From Callorhinchus milii (lineage: Eukaryota), in contig NW_024704762.1 in the NCBI RefSeq assembly GCF_018977255.1, positions 5,270,001-5,334,000 of the forward strand: a stretch of DNA of 64,000 nt. The letters are read 5' to 3'. Below are positions 13,084 to 25,434 of the stretch, in pieces. The notes beneath the pieces are model-generated. The model was not told where the DNA came from. It searched no databases and saw only the letters and a list, made by a program, of their open reading frames with translations. Made by a program: the position numbers and the translations under genes. Position 1 is the stretch's first letter; each line of letters opens with the position of its first letter.

Positions 13084-16000
13084 TTAAGTTAGTTCTTCAT
13101 AGCCCCCAAGATTGTTTCTGTACAGACAATAATGCTGCACCATGAAGAGAACATCAAACATCATCGAGAACAATCCAAGACCAAACTTTGTTGGGTCCCC
13201 AAAAATCAGTTTCCACTCTCCTGCAATAAAACACAGATTCATTCAGGTAGGAAGTTAAAAGCATTGGTACAGTCTAAACAGTCCTGGTCTTTCCAAGCAC
13301 TCTGAGACACTATCCTGCATGAGGGGCACAATATAAATGCAAGATGTTGCAGTTTGCCCTGTATTTTAGTGTGAATTATCAGCACAAAAGCAATTATGCT
13401 TTGTTGGTTTGCATTTCATTCCCTGGACATAGAATCATACAGATTCTATCTTGTGTATTCTCTAGATGGACAAATAACACTGCCCCAGCAGATCCCAGTA
13501 AATAGAGATTCTGCCCATCATTTGGAGGCATTAGAATTATGACAAGAAATCCATGGCATCTTAATGCCGGCAGATTGTAAATAATGGGAACTGCTGTGCA
13601 AGTTGAGGTTTAGAATACAGTCCCGATTGTGAAGAACAGAGATTATGGGTTCATCTACTGGCTGGTTTATGACCTCCAGTAATTTCAGGTATTTAAAGTT
13701 CCTTGCTGATGCATCTCATGTAATGGGATGTAATCCTCTTGTAGCTCTCACAAGAAGGCACTAGGAAAAGCCAACAAATGCAGTACAGCTTAGCTGACAT
13801 TTGGGGAAGAGAGAACAAAGCAAAAATTTCAAATGGAGGCAGACACATGGTGTACCACTGACAACAGTGTGTGGGACTAAAGATTTGGTGTTCTGAAATG
13901 AGTGGATTGTGGGATCAGCCAGAGTCCCCAACGCGCACTTGAGAAACTATTTAACTCGCCACACTGGTCTGATAAAACAATCGTGAACTGAACATTTTAT
14001 TTTCAAGGTATATTGACCATCAATACCAACCATTGTTGTACGATTGCAGAACCATCTGCAAAAGGCTAAAACTGCCCCCAGTAAAATCCAAGAGCACATT
14101 GCCAATACTCCAACCAACTGTGCTCTTCCTTTGATAATTCATGTATGCCTGGAAGAAAAGAATTAGTGAGACACCCACAAGATACACACAGCTAAAATCT
14201 AACCTTTTCAAGAAAAGTCTATTAAAGCTTTCCAAAAAATAGTGATTTTTACTATCTTCATGTTTGAGTGAGTTGTTTGAATTTTACAGATGCTGATGAG
14301 CATTACAAACAGAAAGTATTGGAAAAATAGAAATCAAACAACCTGTTAAGTGCTTGTTCCTTCAAAGAAGCCATCTATCCTATCCTGAATTCCAATATGA
14401 CAAAATAAGAAGCTTCTCCCAGTGTTTTAGCCAACAATCCTCCAGGTTAACCAGGGATTGGAGTTTGTGGAACTTGCAGCACACAAAACTGCTGCCACAT
14501 TTGGCTAAAAAAAAAATCACTACATTTGATAGTAGTGGTGACATTTTGACATAAGCCACAAGTTTGCAGGTGGTGTTGCCATTGCTCATTGCAAACTATG
14601 ATTGGATATAGGACTGCAAGGCAGGACAAGAGGGCAAAAGTTCAGGGCAATTTTAGAACATATATCAGAATTATTTCTTTACACTTAGGGTTATAAGCAA
14701 CTCTTAACAGGCTACCAGAAAGGTTGAAACCACTTTGCTATCAAATCCAAATATCTGCTTACATCTAACATTATATCTCCCCGATGTTCATCCCAGAGCT
14801 TTATATAAACTACATCTCTCTCCGATCCTTACCTGGGGGATGTATTTGATGAGTGTGACACCTAGTTTGATGTAAGAGAAATAGTAAAAGTATTGGAGCC
14901 ATGTGAGTTCGCCAGCTATCGTCACAAACAAGGTGACAAGAGCGAACAACACACAGGCCACCAGCATTCCAATAGCGGCCTTCGACACTTCTTGTACCCC
15001 TTTCTGTGTGCCAGAAGAACAGGAGAGATTCTGAGAATCTATCAACCACAAAATACATCGTCAATCCACTTCACAATATAGTTTTGGAGATGACTCAATG
15101 ACATGATAAGGTGCAATATCAAATGCAAGGATTATTATTGTTATTGTTATTAACAACCAAGATTAAAGGATATCAACAATTCTCAGATTTCAAAAGGAAA
15201 ATGGAAGCCAGTACAGGAGAAATACCAAAAGGCAGACTAACCTCATAGATACAACACTGACAAGCTGTAATTGCTGTAAGCAAGATGGCGTGGAGGCTGA
15301 AGAAAACATCATTCGCATATACTGGGTCCACCCCATTCAGGTTATTTTCTAAAAACTGTTTCTAAGGAAAAAGGGAGCAACAGATTTAACACATTAACTA
15401 AAATCTAAGCCATTTGGAATTATATCGAAGTCTTAAACCAGAACTCAGTCACTTCAATTATAATCACACCGGATATAAGGTTTAATATATTATATATATA
15501 TATTCGGCTCTGCACAAATTCACCTGCGGTGTCCTCGAGGAAGCCTGAGCTCAACACAGCAAATCATTTAAATCCCTGAAAGTTGTCTTTTTGGAATTGT
15601 AGATCTAACTCATTCACTGTAATCAGTTAGATAGATGGCTGTTACACAATGAACTCTACATTCATTTGGACATTCATTGGACATGACTTTCAGAAAATGA
15701 CAACAATGCAAAACATGATAACTTTGATTCAGATTGAATCGATTAAATAAACAGGTTTACAGAAACACTCTGCTTCTCGTTTGGCAGATAATTCTGTCTT
15801 TTGAAATCACAGTCTTAGGGTTTACTATGAACTTTGTGCTTTATGGATACTATAATCGGACTGAATTGAGTGACCGTCCTGGGATGGGTCAGTTTACTAT
15901 TAATTTAATATAACTCAAAACGCTTCACTAGTAATCACTGTATAGTGTAAGGACTGTACTTGTAGGCAGACACCGCAGCCAATTTGTGCACAGCCAAGCC

Positions 16001-19000
16001 CCACAAACTGCCAAATTATCTGGAGGGTTGTAGGCCGGCCAGGACAAACTCTTCTTTTTGAATTGTGTCAATGGATCATTAATATCCACCTGAACAGACA
16101 GTTGGAACCTTGGTTTGACGTCTCATTTGAAAGACGGCACCTCTGACAATGCAGCGCTGCTCCCAACTGGAGGATCAGCCTAGACGGTGGGCTTAAAGTC
16201 CCAATTTCACTTCCACTTCAGAGCCTGAAAGCAGAAGTGAAATGCAGCTGCAATACCGGGTAAAAAAAAAGTTAGATCACATGAACACAAGGTTATAAGG
16301 TGCTTGCTGACTGCAATTAAATTCCAAAAAAAAATTGAAGCCGCAACCAGATTCCCCCAAGAAAGAAACCTTACATCGGAAAGAGGAACCACTGCTTAAA
16401 ATAGTCAGATCAACACGTCTATCCATACACAAAGAATTAAAGGGAAAAACCAAAGGATAGTCTCCACTCTTTGAGGCATACTGTCCCAATATTACCTTTC
16501 CATTTCCCTATTTGACCTGGAAAATGTAATGAACAGTCAGGACTTTTCCCATCCTGATTACATTGTTCCAGGAAAAATAGGGAAGTGGAAAAGGTTTTTG
16601 CCCCTTAAAGGAAAAGGCCACTTTTTTTTCAAAATAGCAGATTTGATTTACTGGTATGTGGTTGATGCGGAATGAGCAGGGTATATACAGCTAATTGTTG
16701 AAACCAAGTGTGTGTAACATGCAAGATAACAACTTCACCTGAAAATTACCAGCAAATACAACCAAGCAGAGTTCTAACACACCTAAAGCAGCAACTAGTG
16801 AAGATCAACTACAAATTGACAGCATCATTAACCACATCACCGAGGCTAACATCAATTTGACGTTACCAATCCCGCTGCCTAGACTGTGACTAAGAAGTGA
16901 CTGTTCTATGCTGCCTTTCGTGGCCTGCCACTCCTTCTTTCTGTCGACTTTATACTTTCACTTGATTGACACCTTTAGGTACAAGACCTTTAGTAAATGT
17001 AAATTTCCCTCTCCCATCAACTTAATTAAAATAACAATTTTTCTCTTGACCATTTTTCCTTGTTCTGTTATTTATGAGCAAAACTGGCTCAAAGGTTCCA
17101 TTTATGTATAAAGCCCACAATGTCATTGTGCTAATTATTCAAAGACATAGCGTCATTTTCATTCCAGTTGAAACCTTTTTGGTCATTGGGTGAAGGCAAT
17201 GGGAAATACACTACTGAAACAGGGTGGGTCCAAGCAATTTTGGCAATAGGAAAACCAAATTATCTTCATGTCCGGTTACCGCTAACAAACACTTAATAAA
17301 AAAAACAACAAAAGTTCAATGAAAACATGACATGGAGCTCCTCCCAACTAATCTGTGAGAACCTAATTTCTGGTGATTATTGTAACAATCCCATTTCAGT
17401 GGTTTGACTACCTGTCCTTTACGAAATGGTGAAGAAGGAAGATCAAGATTCACTCCCACTTACTAAACAAGCTGAAGTGATCTTCATAATAGTTACCTTA
17501 ATATATGGAATCCAGAAAAGGCCAATGTTAAAAACGCCATAGGCTGTATGACCCATCAGATTAAGTGCCAGGTAGTCAAAATTCAATCCAACCACACTGA
17601 AAAAATAGAAATAAGTCATCCACTTACAAAAGGGCTGATCAGTGTGCTTTAAAGATTGTGCTGTAGTAAATATCACATGATGAAAAGCTAAAAGCTTAAT
17701 TTTATGGTCAGACTGTCTGATGCTTGTGGAAACCCATCACAATGTTTAAGAGTCTCCAAAGCAGTCAGAGTTCCACATATGGATGTTCACACATGCACAT
17801 GGAAATTTCTCTGTGTCTGGAATAGCATGAGCACTCTCCCCATGGAGGGACTTAACCTGCAAATTTGAGGGACTTAACCTGCAAGAGTCAAGGCTTAGGG
17901 ACCCCAGTGTGTGTTACTGATGGAGTTTAACCAAGTAAAACCCCAACATTTGCCATTGAGGGCATTGTCTGGCAATCTTCTATTGCTTGTCGAGGTAAGA
18001 TCACCTCTGGAACTCTAACATTAATCTGGAAGTTTTAATTTCAGAACACAGAAAGAAACAACCTTCTCTTTTCAAACAATGTCATGAGATCTTTACCCTC
18101 AACCTGAACAACGCAACATTTTAAATCTAACAACTAAGGAGCTAAATATTTTTGAATCAAATTTTTTGAGTTTAAAGTTCCTAATTTTTCTATAAAGCTC
18201 CCCCAATGCTTCCAATCCTTAAAGCACGTTGGTCCTTACCTTTTCCGTTTCCAGTTTTCAAAGATCTGCGGATAGAAGGAGATGGACCAAGCCAAGAAAT
18301 AAATCCAACCAATCACTTGGTTTATGATCGTCAAGACATCACTTTTCACCACGAGAAAGCGAATTCTTCCCAGAGAACTATATTAAAAAAATTACCATTA
18401 AACAATACTTGATGACAACCAGTTGTAAGTTACAGAAGTCTCCATTCTCGGCACTCAACAACAGCTGTCAAGACTGAATATTAAAGTGGATAGTGTCCAG
18501 ATGTTACTTAGAAACAACACTTAACAACTCTTGGTGTGTGTAAAATCCAGGATCCCCCTCGATCCAGACATTGACTAACCCTAAATCATCATGTTATATG
18601 ATGGGATTGTTTGTCCAGGAAAGTTGCTGAAAAAGACAGAACTAATCACCAGAACTGATAATGATGAAGCGATTAGTTTTTCTGACTCAATCCCACGTCC
18701 CAGACATCGCTGTGAAGTCAATGTGTATGGGACAAAGGGCACCCAAGCTGCACCTACTATAAGAATGGTCACTCCGAGCTATACGGTAGAAAAGCAAGAC
18801 ATGGCCATCAACAGTATAACAGCGTAAGACCTCCATCTCTGGGCACGGAACTGATCACTCAAGTTGTCTCGAACTACACGTCACAGTTGTATTAACCTGG
18901 TGGAATTTCAACCCTTGGATTTCAGCTAAAATCACTTCAAAGCCTTTTATCTGCGACCTTGACCGGAGTAATTACAATAAAACCGATCCCAAGTGGACCA

Positions 19001-21714
19001 TTTATACTGATGAATAATGTTCTCTTTTCTCAGTTCCACCCACAAATTGATTAATCAGCTTCCTAGACAATAAATCACCTGGTCAGATTGTTATCTGTGT
19101 TCTGCAGGTACACGATGGCTTGTCCAACTTGAAGTCCTTTGACTGGAAAAAATGTTGAGCTCACAGAGTTAGAGGGCAAAACTACCTGTTGGAATAAAAC
19201 ATTCGATAACGTTAAAAGGAACAGGCGCTGAAAATGCTACAACAAGAGAATTGGATCAAGTTCAGAATTGTGATTCTGTGTTATGTAAATATGGTGAAAA
19301 CTGACCGAATCAGGTCACAGGGAGACATGGTTTTACATCACTAGTAGAACAAGCTAACAACGTCTCTCCTCTGGTAAAATGAAATTTTCATGGTGTGTTT
19401 TGTTTTGTTCAACCAGGTGTCCGACATATGCAGAAGCCCATTGTCATGTGTAAGAATATCCAGTACAGACACGTGTATGCCACCTACACATGCAAATATT
19501 TCTGTGCTTCTAGAATGGAATGTGCACACTCTCACTGGAGAGATGCTTACACAATTCTAGAGATTATGAGGTGCAGGTTGGCAAGAGCCAAGACTTGGGG
19601 TCTCCAGACTGTGTGTTTGGGGTACTGCTAGAGTTCTGTTCCTCCAAGGCTGGGTAGTCTGGTTCAGGAACAGGACTAATGCCACAGAGGGCAACTCGAT
19701 TCTAACATTCTATTGCCACGCTCAGGAGGATACTGTGGTTATATATAAATCCAGAAAGTACATCACTTACGTGCTCAGGGAGTTGAACAATGGAACCGTG
19801 TTTGGACGCGAATGTCACATTGAATGTGACAACTAAGTTCTTCTGTAGTGGTACTCTGCAAAAGAGAAAAAATAGAATATTTCTATATAACCATGAGTAA
19901 CTACACTAAATACTCAGTCAAGAATGGATCAAAACGGAGTTCCACATATGCATGGCATATGGCACCTATGCATGGAGATTTCTCTTTGTTCTAGAATAGA
20001 GAGCACACTCACTCCCTGATTACCTAATTCCAGAAGTATCAGATCCAGATTGGCAACAGCCAAATCTTACAGACCTCAAAGTGTATGTTAGGACACTGCT
20101 GGAGTTCAGCCAACTAATGTCTTGCAAGTTTCCTACTAGGGAATCTAAAATGTTTAATTTTAAGCCTTCTCTTAGCCAAATAATACCTCAAAAACAGACT
20201 TACCTTGGTGCAATGCTGATGTTTTGAACATTACCAATTTGCAGGGAAACAAATTCTGGTGCTGACAGTGTTAAAACAGCATCTGAAAAAAACAAAGAAC
20301 AGATGAACTTTTGCCATTCCAACAAGTATTTGCAAACAATAATATAAATATGACCGATACATTTTCCTCCAATAAAATCTTAAACCACTGATGTTATAGT
20401 ATCTCCCAATGTTTAAGGTTAAAGATACATTATATTTCTCTGAGCCATATCAATCAAAAGGTTGCACTGAAGCAAACCAGCAATCTCACCATGCCTGAGT
20501 TATGGGAAAAAAATAGCAAAGCCATCCCTGTTCATCACCACCATCCAAAGGCCCCTAGTAGTAGGTGTGGACATCAGTGAGGAATAAGATTGGTCTGAAT
20601 TATAATGATTCCTCTACCCATTTGCATTCATCCATCACAAGGTCAATATTTACCACATTGCAGCAGTGAGTTGCTGGACAGACAGTAGATGGAAAACAGC
20701 AGAAATATTGGTAGCTTCATGATTCAGCTGTAAACCTGGAGGGATAATGAGACCAGAAGTTAAGAGATTACATTTCACAACAGTTTACGAGGTAGTTTTA
20801 CCATTTCTCTGAACGATGCTGACACATCCATCAGATAATGGTGGGACAGATTCAGTTCGGACGCTCAACAAAAATCAATCATTGATAACCCTGACTATAG
20901 TAGTGACTCACGAGTACTGCAGTTTGGCCATACACCTGGATCACTCACTGCTCACAATGCCCGTGTGCAGCAATCCCTCAACAGGCAGTCATGGGCTAAT
21001 TAACTACACAAATTAAAAGATAGCAAACAAATGCCTGCCAGCACTATAATTATAAAATCACAGCATCAGACACATGCAGACACGGTGGATACATTACAAA
21101 ACATTTTTTAAAAATTGCAAAACAGAAGGTGGTGATTCAGACCATTAAACGGGTGCTAGCTCCTCCACTGGAGTACTCTAATCCCAATTCCCTGCTCGCT
21201 GTCCTCCTTCCTTCCCGCCCCCCACCGACCTTTCTTCCTGTCCCCCACCCACCGACTCACTCCCTCCCACCCACACAAACCCACTCACTTCAATTTAGTG
21301 GTGAGAACACTTGGAAGGAAGTGAGAAAGACTTCTGCATTTAAGAACTTCTGCGGTGCTAACCAGCTAAAACCGCATAACATAACTTGCTGTTCTCTTTG
21401 ACTGTGCCTTCAGCTCCCCTCTCGACTGTCTACACCCTCCTTGCTCCCTCCCCTCACCCTGACCATTTCCCCCCAATGCTCGGGTCCTGACCCAACTGTA
21501 CAGCGCCTTGGGACGTCCTCCCGATGTGAAAGGCGCTCTATTTGTTGTTGAGAATGCTGGCACCAAGCATTCACGCTGCTTTTCCAGCTAGGACCACCCT
21601 ACCCATTAGGGCTTTAGCCTGCAGGGTTAACAGGAGTGGGATGACTCCCTGCACCCAGTGACCGGTCTGCCCTTCCAGGTCCTGTTCACGGGCCAGGCTG
21701 AGCTGTGCTGTCAT
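13084..21714 (-). CDS. CTNS: Cystinosin (lysosomal PQ-loop cystine/H+ transporter)
   Basis: Well-supported exons: 20282-20204 (79 nt), 19855-19771 (85), 19185-19079 (107), 18377-18240 (138, …[17 protein letters not shown]), 17596-17497 (100), 15361-15242 (120), 15003-14833 (171), 14148-14031 (118) and 13220-13084 (…[12 protein letters not shown]…GGYEELT*). Phases are consistent, with two PQ motifs and a GYxxL tail. The start exon 21724-21603 (ATG 21714, phase 1) is only a candidate; with it the protein is 388 aa. Confidence 0.95.
17714..17930. repeat. Unclassified ~230-bp dispersed repeat, copy 1
   Basis: Similar by eye to 19414-19636, 19900-20110 and 35184-35440 (same orientation) and to 41885-42112 and 50414-50610 (opposite orientation). 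Confidence 0.65.
19414..19636. repeat. Unclassified ~230-bp dispersed repeat, copy 2
   Basis: Reverse complement contains GGCTCTTGCCAACCTGC…AATTGTGTAAGCA…GAGTGTGCACATTCCATTC…CATGTGTAGGTG…TGTCGGACACC, as in the 41885 and 50414 copies. Confidence 0.75.
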
Positions 21715-21939
21715 CAGCAATGGCCTGGAATACACAGAGCAGCCTGGCTCAGGAACTGGGCTTGAGAGACCCCCACGGAGGGTGGGCTCGATTCCGCCAT
21801 GCCGCGCTCAGGCACGTCGCTCGGTAGCCAGCCATCTCAGCTCCAAGGAGACCCCGCTTACCTCCCTTCCTACTTCCCCCACCAAAAAAAGGAACCCGCA
21901 TTTTCAATACAAACCTAACTGAATACAATTTGAATTCAA

Positions 21940-22240
21940 ATAATAATAATAATAATCCTGGCATCTGACATAGCGCCTTATCACGTCATCGAGACGTCTC
22001 AAAGCGCTTCGCGGGACACAACTGTAAAGCGAACTGACTGTGTATTCTGTGGGCGAAACGCGGCAGCCAATTGCGCACAGACAGCAGCGTCCCCACAAAC
22101 AGTCGTGGACCGAAGTGACCGATTTATTTTATTTTTCTTTCCCCCTGAGGGATTATTATGAGGTGGAGTCTGTGGAGTAAGGAAACTTGCCAAAGGTTTC
22201 CCCCTGACCTGCCGGGAGTCGAATTCAGGTCTCCGGCTCT
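21940..22240 (-). mobile_element. tRNA-headed SINE, head truncated
   Basis: Same tail, Deu-like segment and GGAGTAAGGAAACTTGCC segment as the other copies. Confidence 0.85.
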
Positions 22241-22383
22241 TGAATTACAAAGCCCTATTTCACTTGCGAATCACTCACTGCAAATAAACCATCCGAACCG
22301 ACCGACCGGCGGCCAAACCTGCAGCGAGTCCAGGATACAGGGCACGGCAAGTGGCACAAACCCCCAAACTCACTGACACCATA

Positions 22384-22921
22384 ACCCCCCCCCAACTCCA
22401 GCCCAACACCTAACCCCAACCCCTAACCCCCCCCCAACTCCAGCCCCACCCCAACCCCCCCCAACTCCAGCCCAACACCTAACCCCAACCCCTAACCCCC
22501 CCCCAACTCCAGCCCCACCCCAACCCCCCCAACTCCAGCCCCACCCCCTAAACCCCCCCCAACTCCAACCCCACCCCCTAAACCCCCCCCCCAACTCCAG
22601 CCCCACCCCAACCCCTAATCCCCCACCAACTCCAGCCCCACCCCCTAACCCCCCCAACTCCAGCCCCACCCCAACCCCTAACCCCCCCCAACTCCAGCCC
22701 CACCCCCTAAACCCCCCCCCAACTCCAGCCCAACACCTAACCCCAACAACCCCCCCCCCCCGCAACTCCAGCCCCACCCCAACACCCCCCCCACCCCAAC
22801 TCCACACCCTCCCCCCCCCAACTCCAGCTCCACCCCAACACCTAACCCCAACCCCACACCCTCCCCCACCCAACTCCAGCCCCACTCCCAACCCCTAACC
22901 CCCCACTCCAGCCCCACCCCC
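22384..22921. repeat. C-rich minisatellite (AACCCCCCCCCAACTCCAGCCCCACCCC-like units, with CCCTAA motifs)
   Basis: About 540 bp of degenerate tandem units; G-rich on the CTNS sense strand. Confidence 0.95.
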
Positions 22922-23039
22922 GAGACCGCAACCCCCCTAAATTTCTCCTCTCTCCCCCCCCTTCTCCCGGTCTCTCCCGGTCCCTCTCTCTCTCCCCCCT
23001 CTCCCGGTCCCTCTCTCTCTCCCCGGGGGGGGGGGGGGG

Positions 23040-23335
23040 TGTCGCTCCGGGTCTCTCACCGGAGCTCGAGCTGCATCTCCGGTTCGGGAATCTTCCAGCG
23101 GCGTGCGAGGCAGTCATGTGATTCCTGTGACATCACCCACAGGGGCGGGGTCTGTGTGCCAGTGACAGGACCGGGGGCGGGGCCTACGTTGAGTGACACG
23201 GACCGGGGGCGGGGCTTATAATCGGCTGGTATGACTCTTGGGCGGGGCGGGGCGAATGCTTGAGTGACACGAATAGGGGGCGGGTCCTGTGACTGACTGA
23301 CATGAATCGGGGGCGGGGTCTGTGCCTAAGGGACA
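23040..23335 (-). promoter_or_regulatory. CpG-rich CTNS promoter and probable non-coding exon 1 (donor after 23060)
   Basis: CpG-dense, with six GC boxes, AGTCATGTGA (M-box/CLEAR-like) at 23112-23121 and a CCG|GTGAGA donor. A candidate 40-nt UTR exon 2 lies at 22318-22279. Confidence 0.75.
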
Positions 23336-23721
23336 AGGCTTGAAGTGCTTGTCCACCCTCTTCCCCCCCCCTCCCCCTTCCCCTCCGCTGACCCCAAACC
23401 CCCGGCTCGGGTCCGAATCCCTGACTGTCCATCCCTGACGTCCTCCCGACATGAAAGGCGCTGTACACGGATCCCGGGATCCGTTACTCTGAAGCGCTCT
23501 GAGACCCCGTCCGGGGTGGAGGGCGCCCCTACGAATCCAAGTTGTTGTTGTTGTTGTTGTTGATGATGTTGTCGTCGTTACGCTCGCAGCGAGGAAAGTG
23601 AGTCGACGTTTCGGGTCCACGCAACGTCGACTCACTTTCGCCTTGGGACGTCCTCCCCGGCGTGAAAGGCGCTCTATAGATTTAATTTTGTTGTTGTCGT
23701 CGCTGTTGTTGTTGTTTCCTC

Positions 23722-23840
23722 TTCTGACGATGGACCCGAAACGTTGACTCACTTTCCTATCTCCCTAGACGCTGCCTGACCTGACCTGCTGAGTGTTCCC
23801 AGGCTTTGTCATTGGTGTTTCCAGCGTCTGCAGTATTTTG
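23722..23840 (+). mobile_element. Penelope-like element terminal remnant with hammerhead-like core
   Basis: CTGACGA-TGGACCC-GAAAC-GTT followed by GACGCTGCCTGACCTG…CTGAGTG…TTCCAGCGTCTGCAG. The family assignment is from recall of shark repeats and is unverified. Confidence 0.5.
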
Positions 23841-24809
23841 GGGGGTTTTGCTGCACGAACGTAATTTGTTGTTGAATCTGACCGTGTGCGTCAGTTGAAG
23901 CCCTCTTGCTGCTCCCGACCACAGGATAATGTCTGTCCCGACATAAAGCTTAGGAACAAGAGGAGACCGTTCAGCTCATTGACCAATGTTCCACTACTTG
24001 TTCATGGCAGATCTTTCCCCGTGCCCTTCATAGCCAAGTGTCTATTGATCTACCCGTGTGGTGTGTTCCAATTTCTCCCAACCCTCTGTGTGAGCAAATG
24101 CTATATCAGATATCATGGCCTCAGTAGTTGGTCTGTGAGGCTTCGTCATTGGTGTTTTATGTAGACTGGTTTGGCCAATAGATGTACCTCTTTGACTGCT
24201 GTTTTGGTTATCTTTCCACTCCCAACCATCTTTGGCTCCAACCCCCACCCAGTTCAAATGCCCAGCCAGTAGGGTCAAGCGCTTAGAGATATCCTCCCGA
24301 TGTGAAAGGCGCTGTATAACTGTAAATTGTATTGTATGTTAAGTTACGCTGGGATAAGTGTGAGAGGTTTGGTTTCAGTGCCATTTATATGGCTGGTCTT
24401 GCTCCTGCCATGATTGTCCAGACAACTCACCCATCATGTGCGGAGAATGGTTTCACCCTCGGGTTTCTGCAGATCAAAAATCAATGCCAAGTGTGCTTTT
24501 AGTGAGCAACAATCGGAGCCTGGAATTAAAAATTAATCCTGGGCAATGAATCAGCCATTCAACTCAGCTTCATCATATACAGCCTCTGTAAGACAGTATC
24601 TCCTCACTTTCTAAAAACAATCTTGGCATTGATTCTAAATATGCAGAGCCTGTGGGTGAAACTATTCTCTAGAAGTCGCGGGGTGGGTGTGGGTGTTGGG
24701 GGGGTTAAAATTAAATTAATAAATTGTATTTGGTTGGTCGACCAAAAAGATTGACTACTGCTGCTCAACAGGATCCCTTCAAATTTTATGACATGTTATA
24801 AAATACAAA

Positions 24810-24980
24810 TCCATTCAAATTTTCAAGACTGAGGTGGATAGGTTTTTGTTAAGTCGAGGTATCAAGGGATACGGGGCAAAGGCAGGTAATTGGAGTTGAG
24901 GTACAGATCTGCCATGATCAAGTAGAACGGCGGAACAGACTCGAGGGGCTGGTTGGCCTACCCCTGTTCCTATGTTCCTA
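24810..24980 (+). mobile_element. CR1 LINE 3' end
   Basis: …TTCAAGACTGAGGTGGATAGG…CTCGAGGGGCTG…TGGCCTACCCCTGTTCCTATGTTCCTAT with an octamer-like tail repeat. Confidence 0.75.
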
Positions 24981-25434
24981 TATATCCCCTCCTGGTGTGG
25001 CAGCCGGGTGAGGAGCGGTCAGGCTCTCTGTGAAAAATAATCGGACGCATTAAAATGTATTGAAAAAAAGAAGCGAGTCACATGCAAAATTTAAAAGCGT
25101 GCGGATATTTGGATACGATGTCAGCCACTTGTTTGCATGTTGCTGGGGGTATTGCTGTTTGGCCCTGTTCCCTTAAAGACTGTGAAACATGAGTCCACTG
25201 AGCTAACATGTTGGCAGCACCGTAGGGCGTGCAGAGCCAGCCAGGACCGATCCTTTTATATTCATAAGAGAGAATTAATTAAATGTTTCCATTATCATTC
25301 TGAAAATAAGTGGGCTAATTAGAGCAGAAACCTAACCCCGCGCCCATTGTTAGCCCCGTTCATACCTGAATCTTGAGAATGTGTAGAGGAGCAGAAGGGT
25401 GAAGGAGCCAGACAGGTTCACACTGCACAGCAGC

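Noticed and set aside
20911-20934. 24-nt segment (VYGQTAVL) as TAX1BP3 exon 1
   Set aside because: No in-frame ATG, weak acceptor, only superficial similarity.
22370-22917. Gly-rich ORFs (173 aa, 79 aa)
   Set aside because: Translations of a minisatellite with non-ATG starts.
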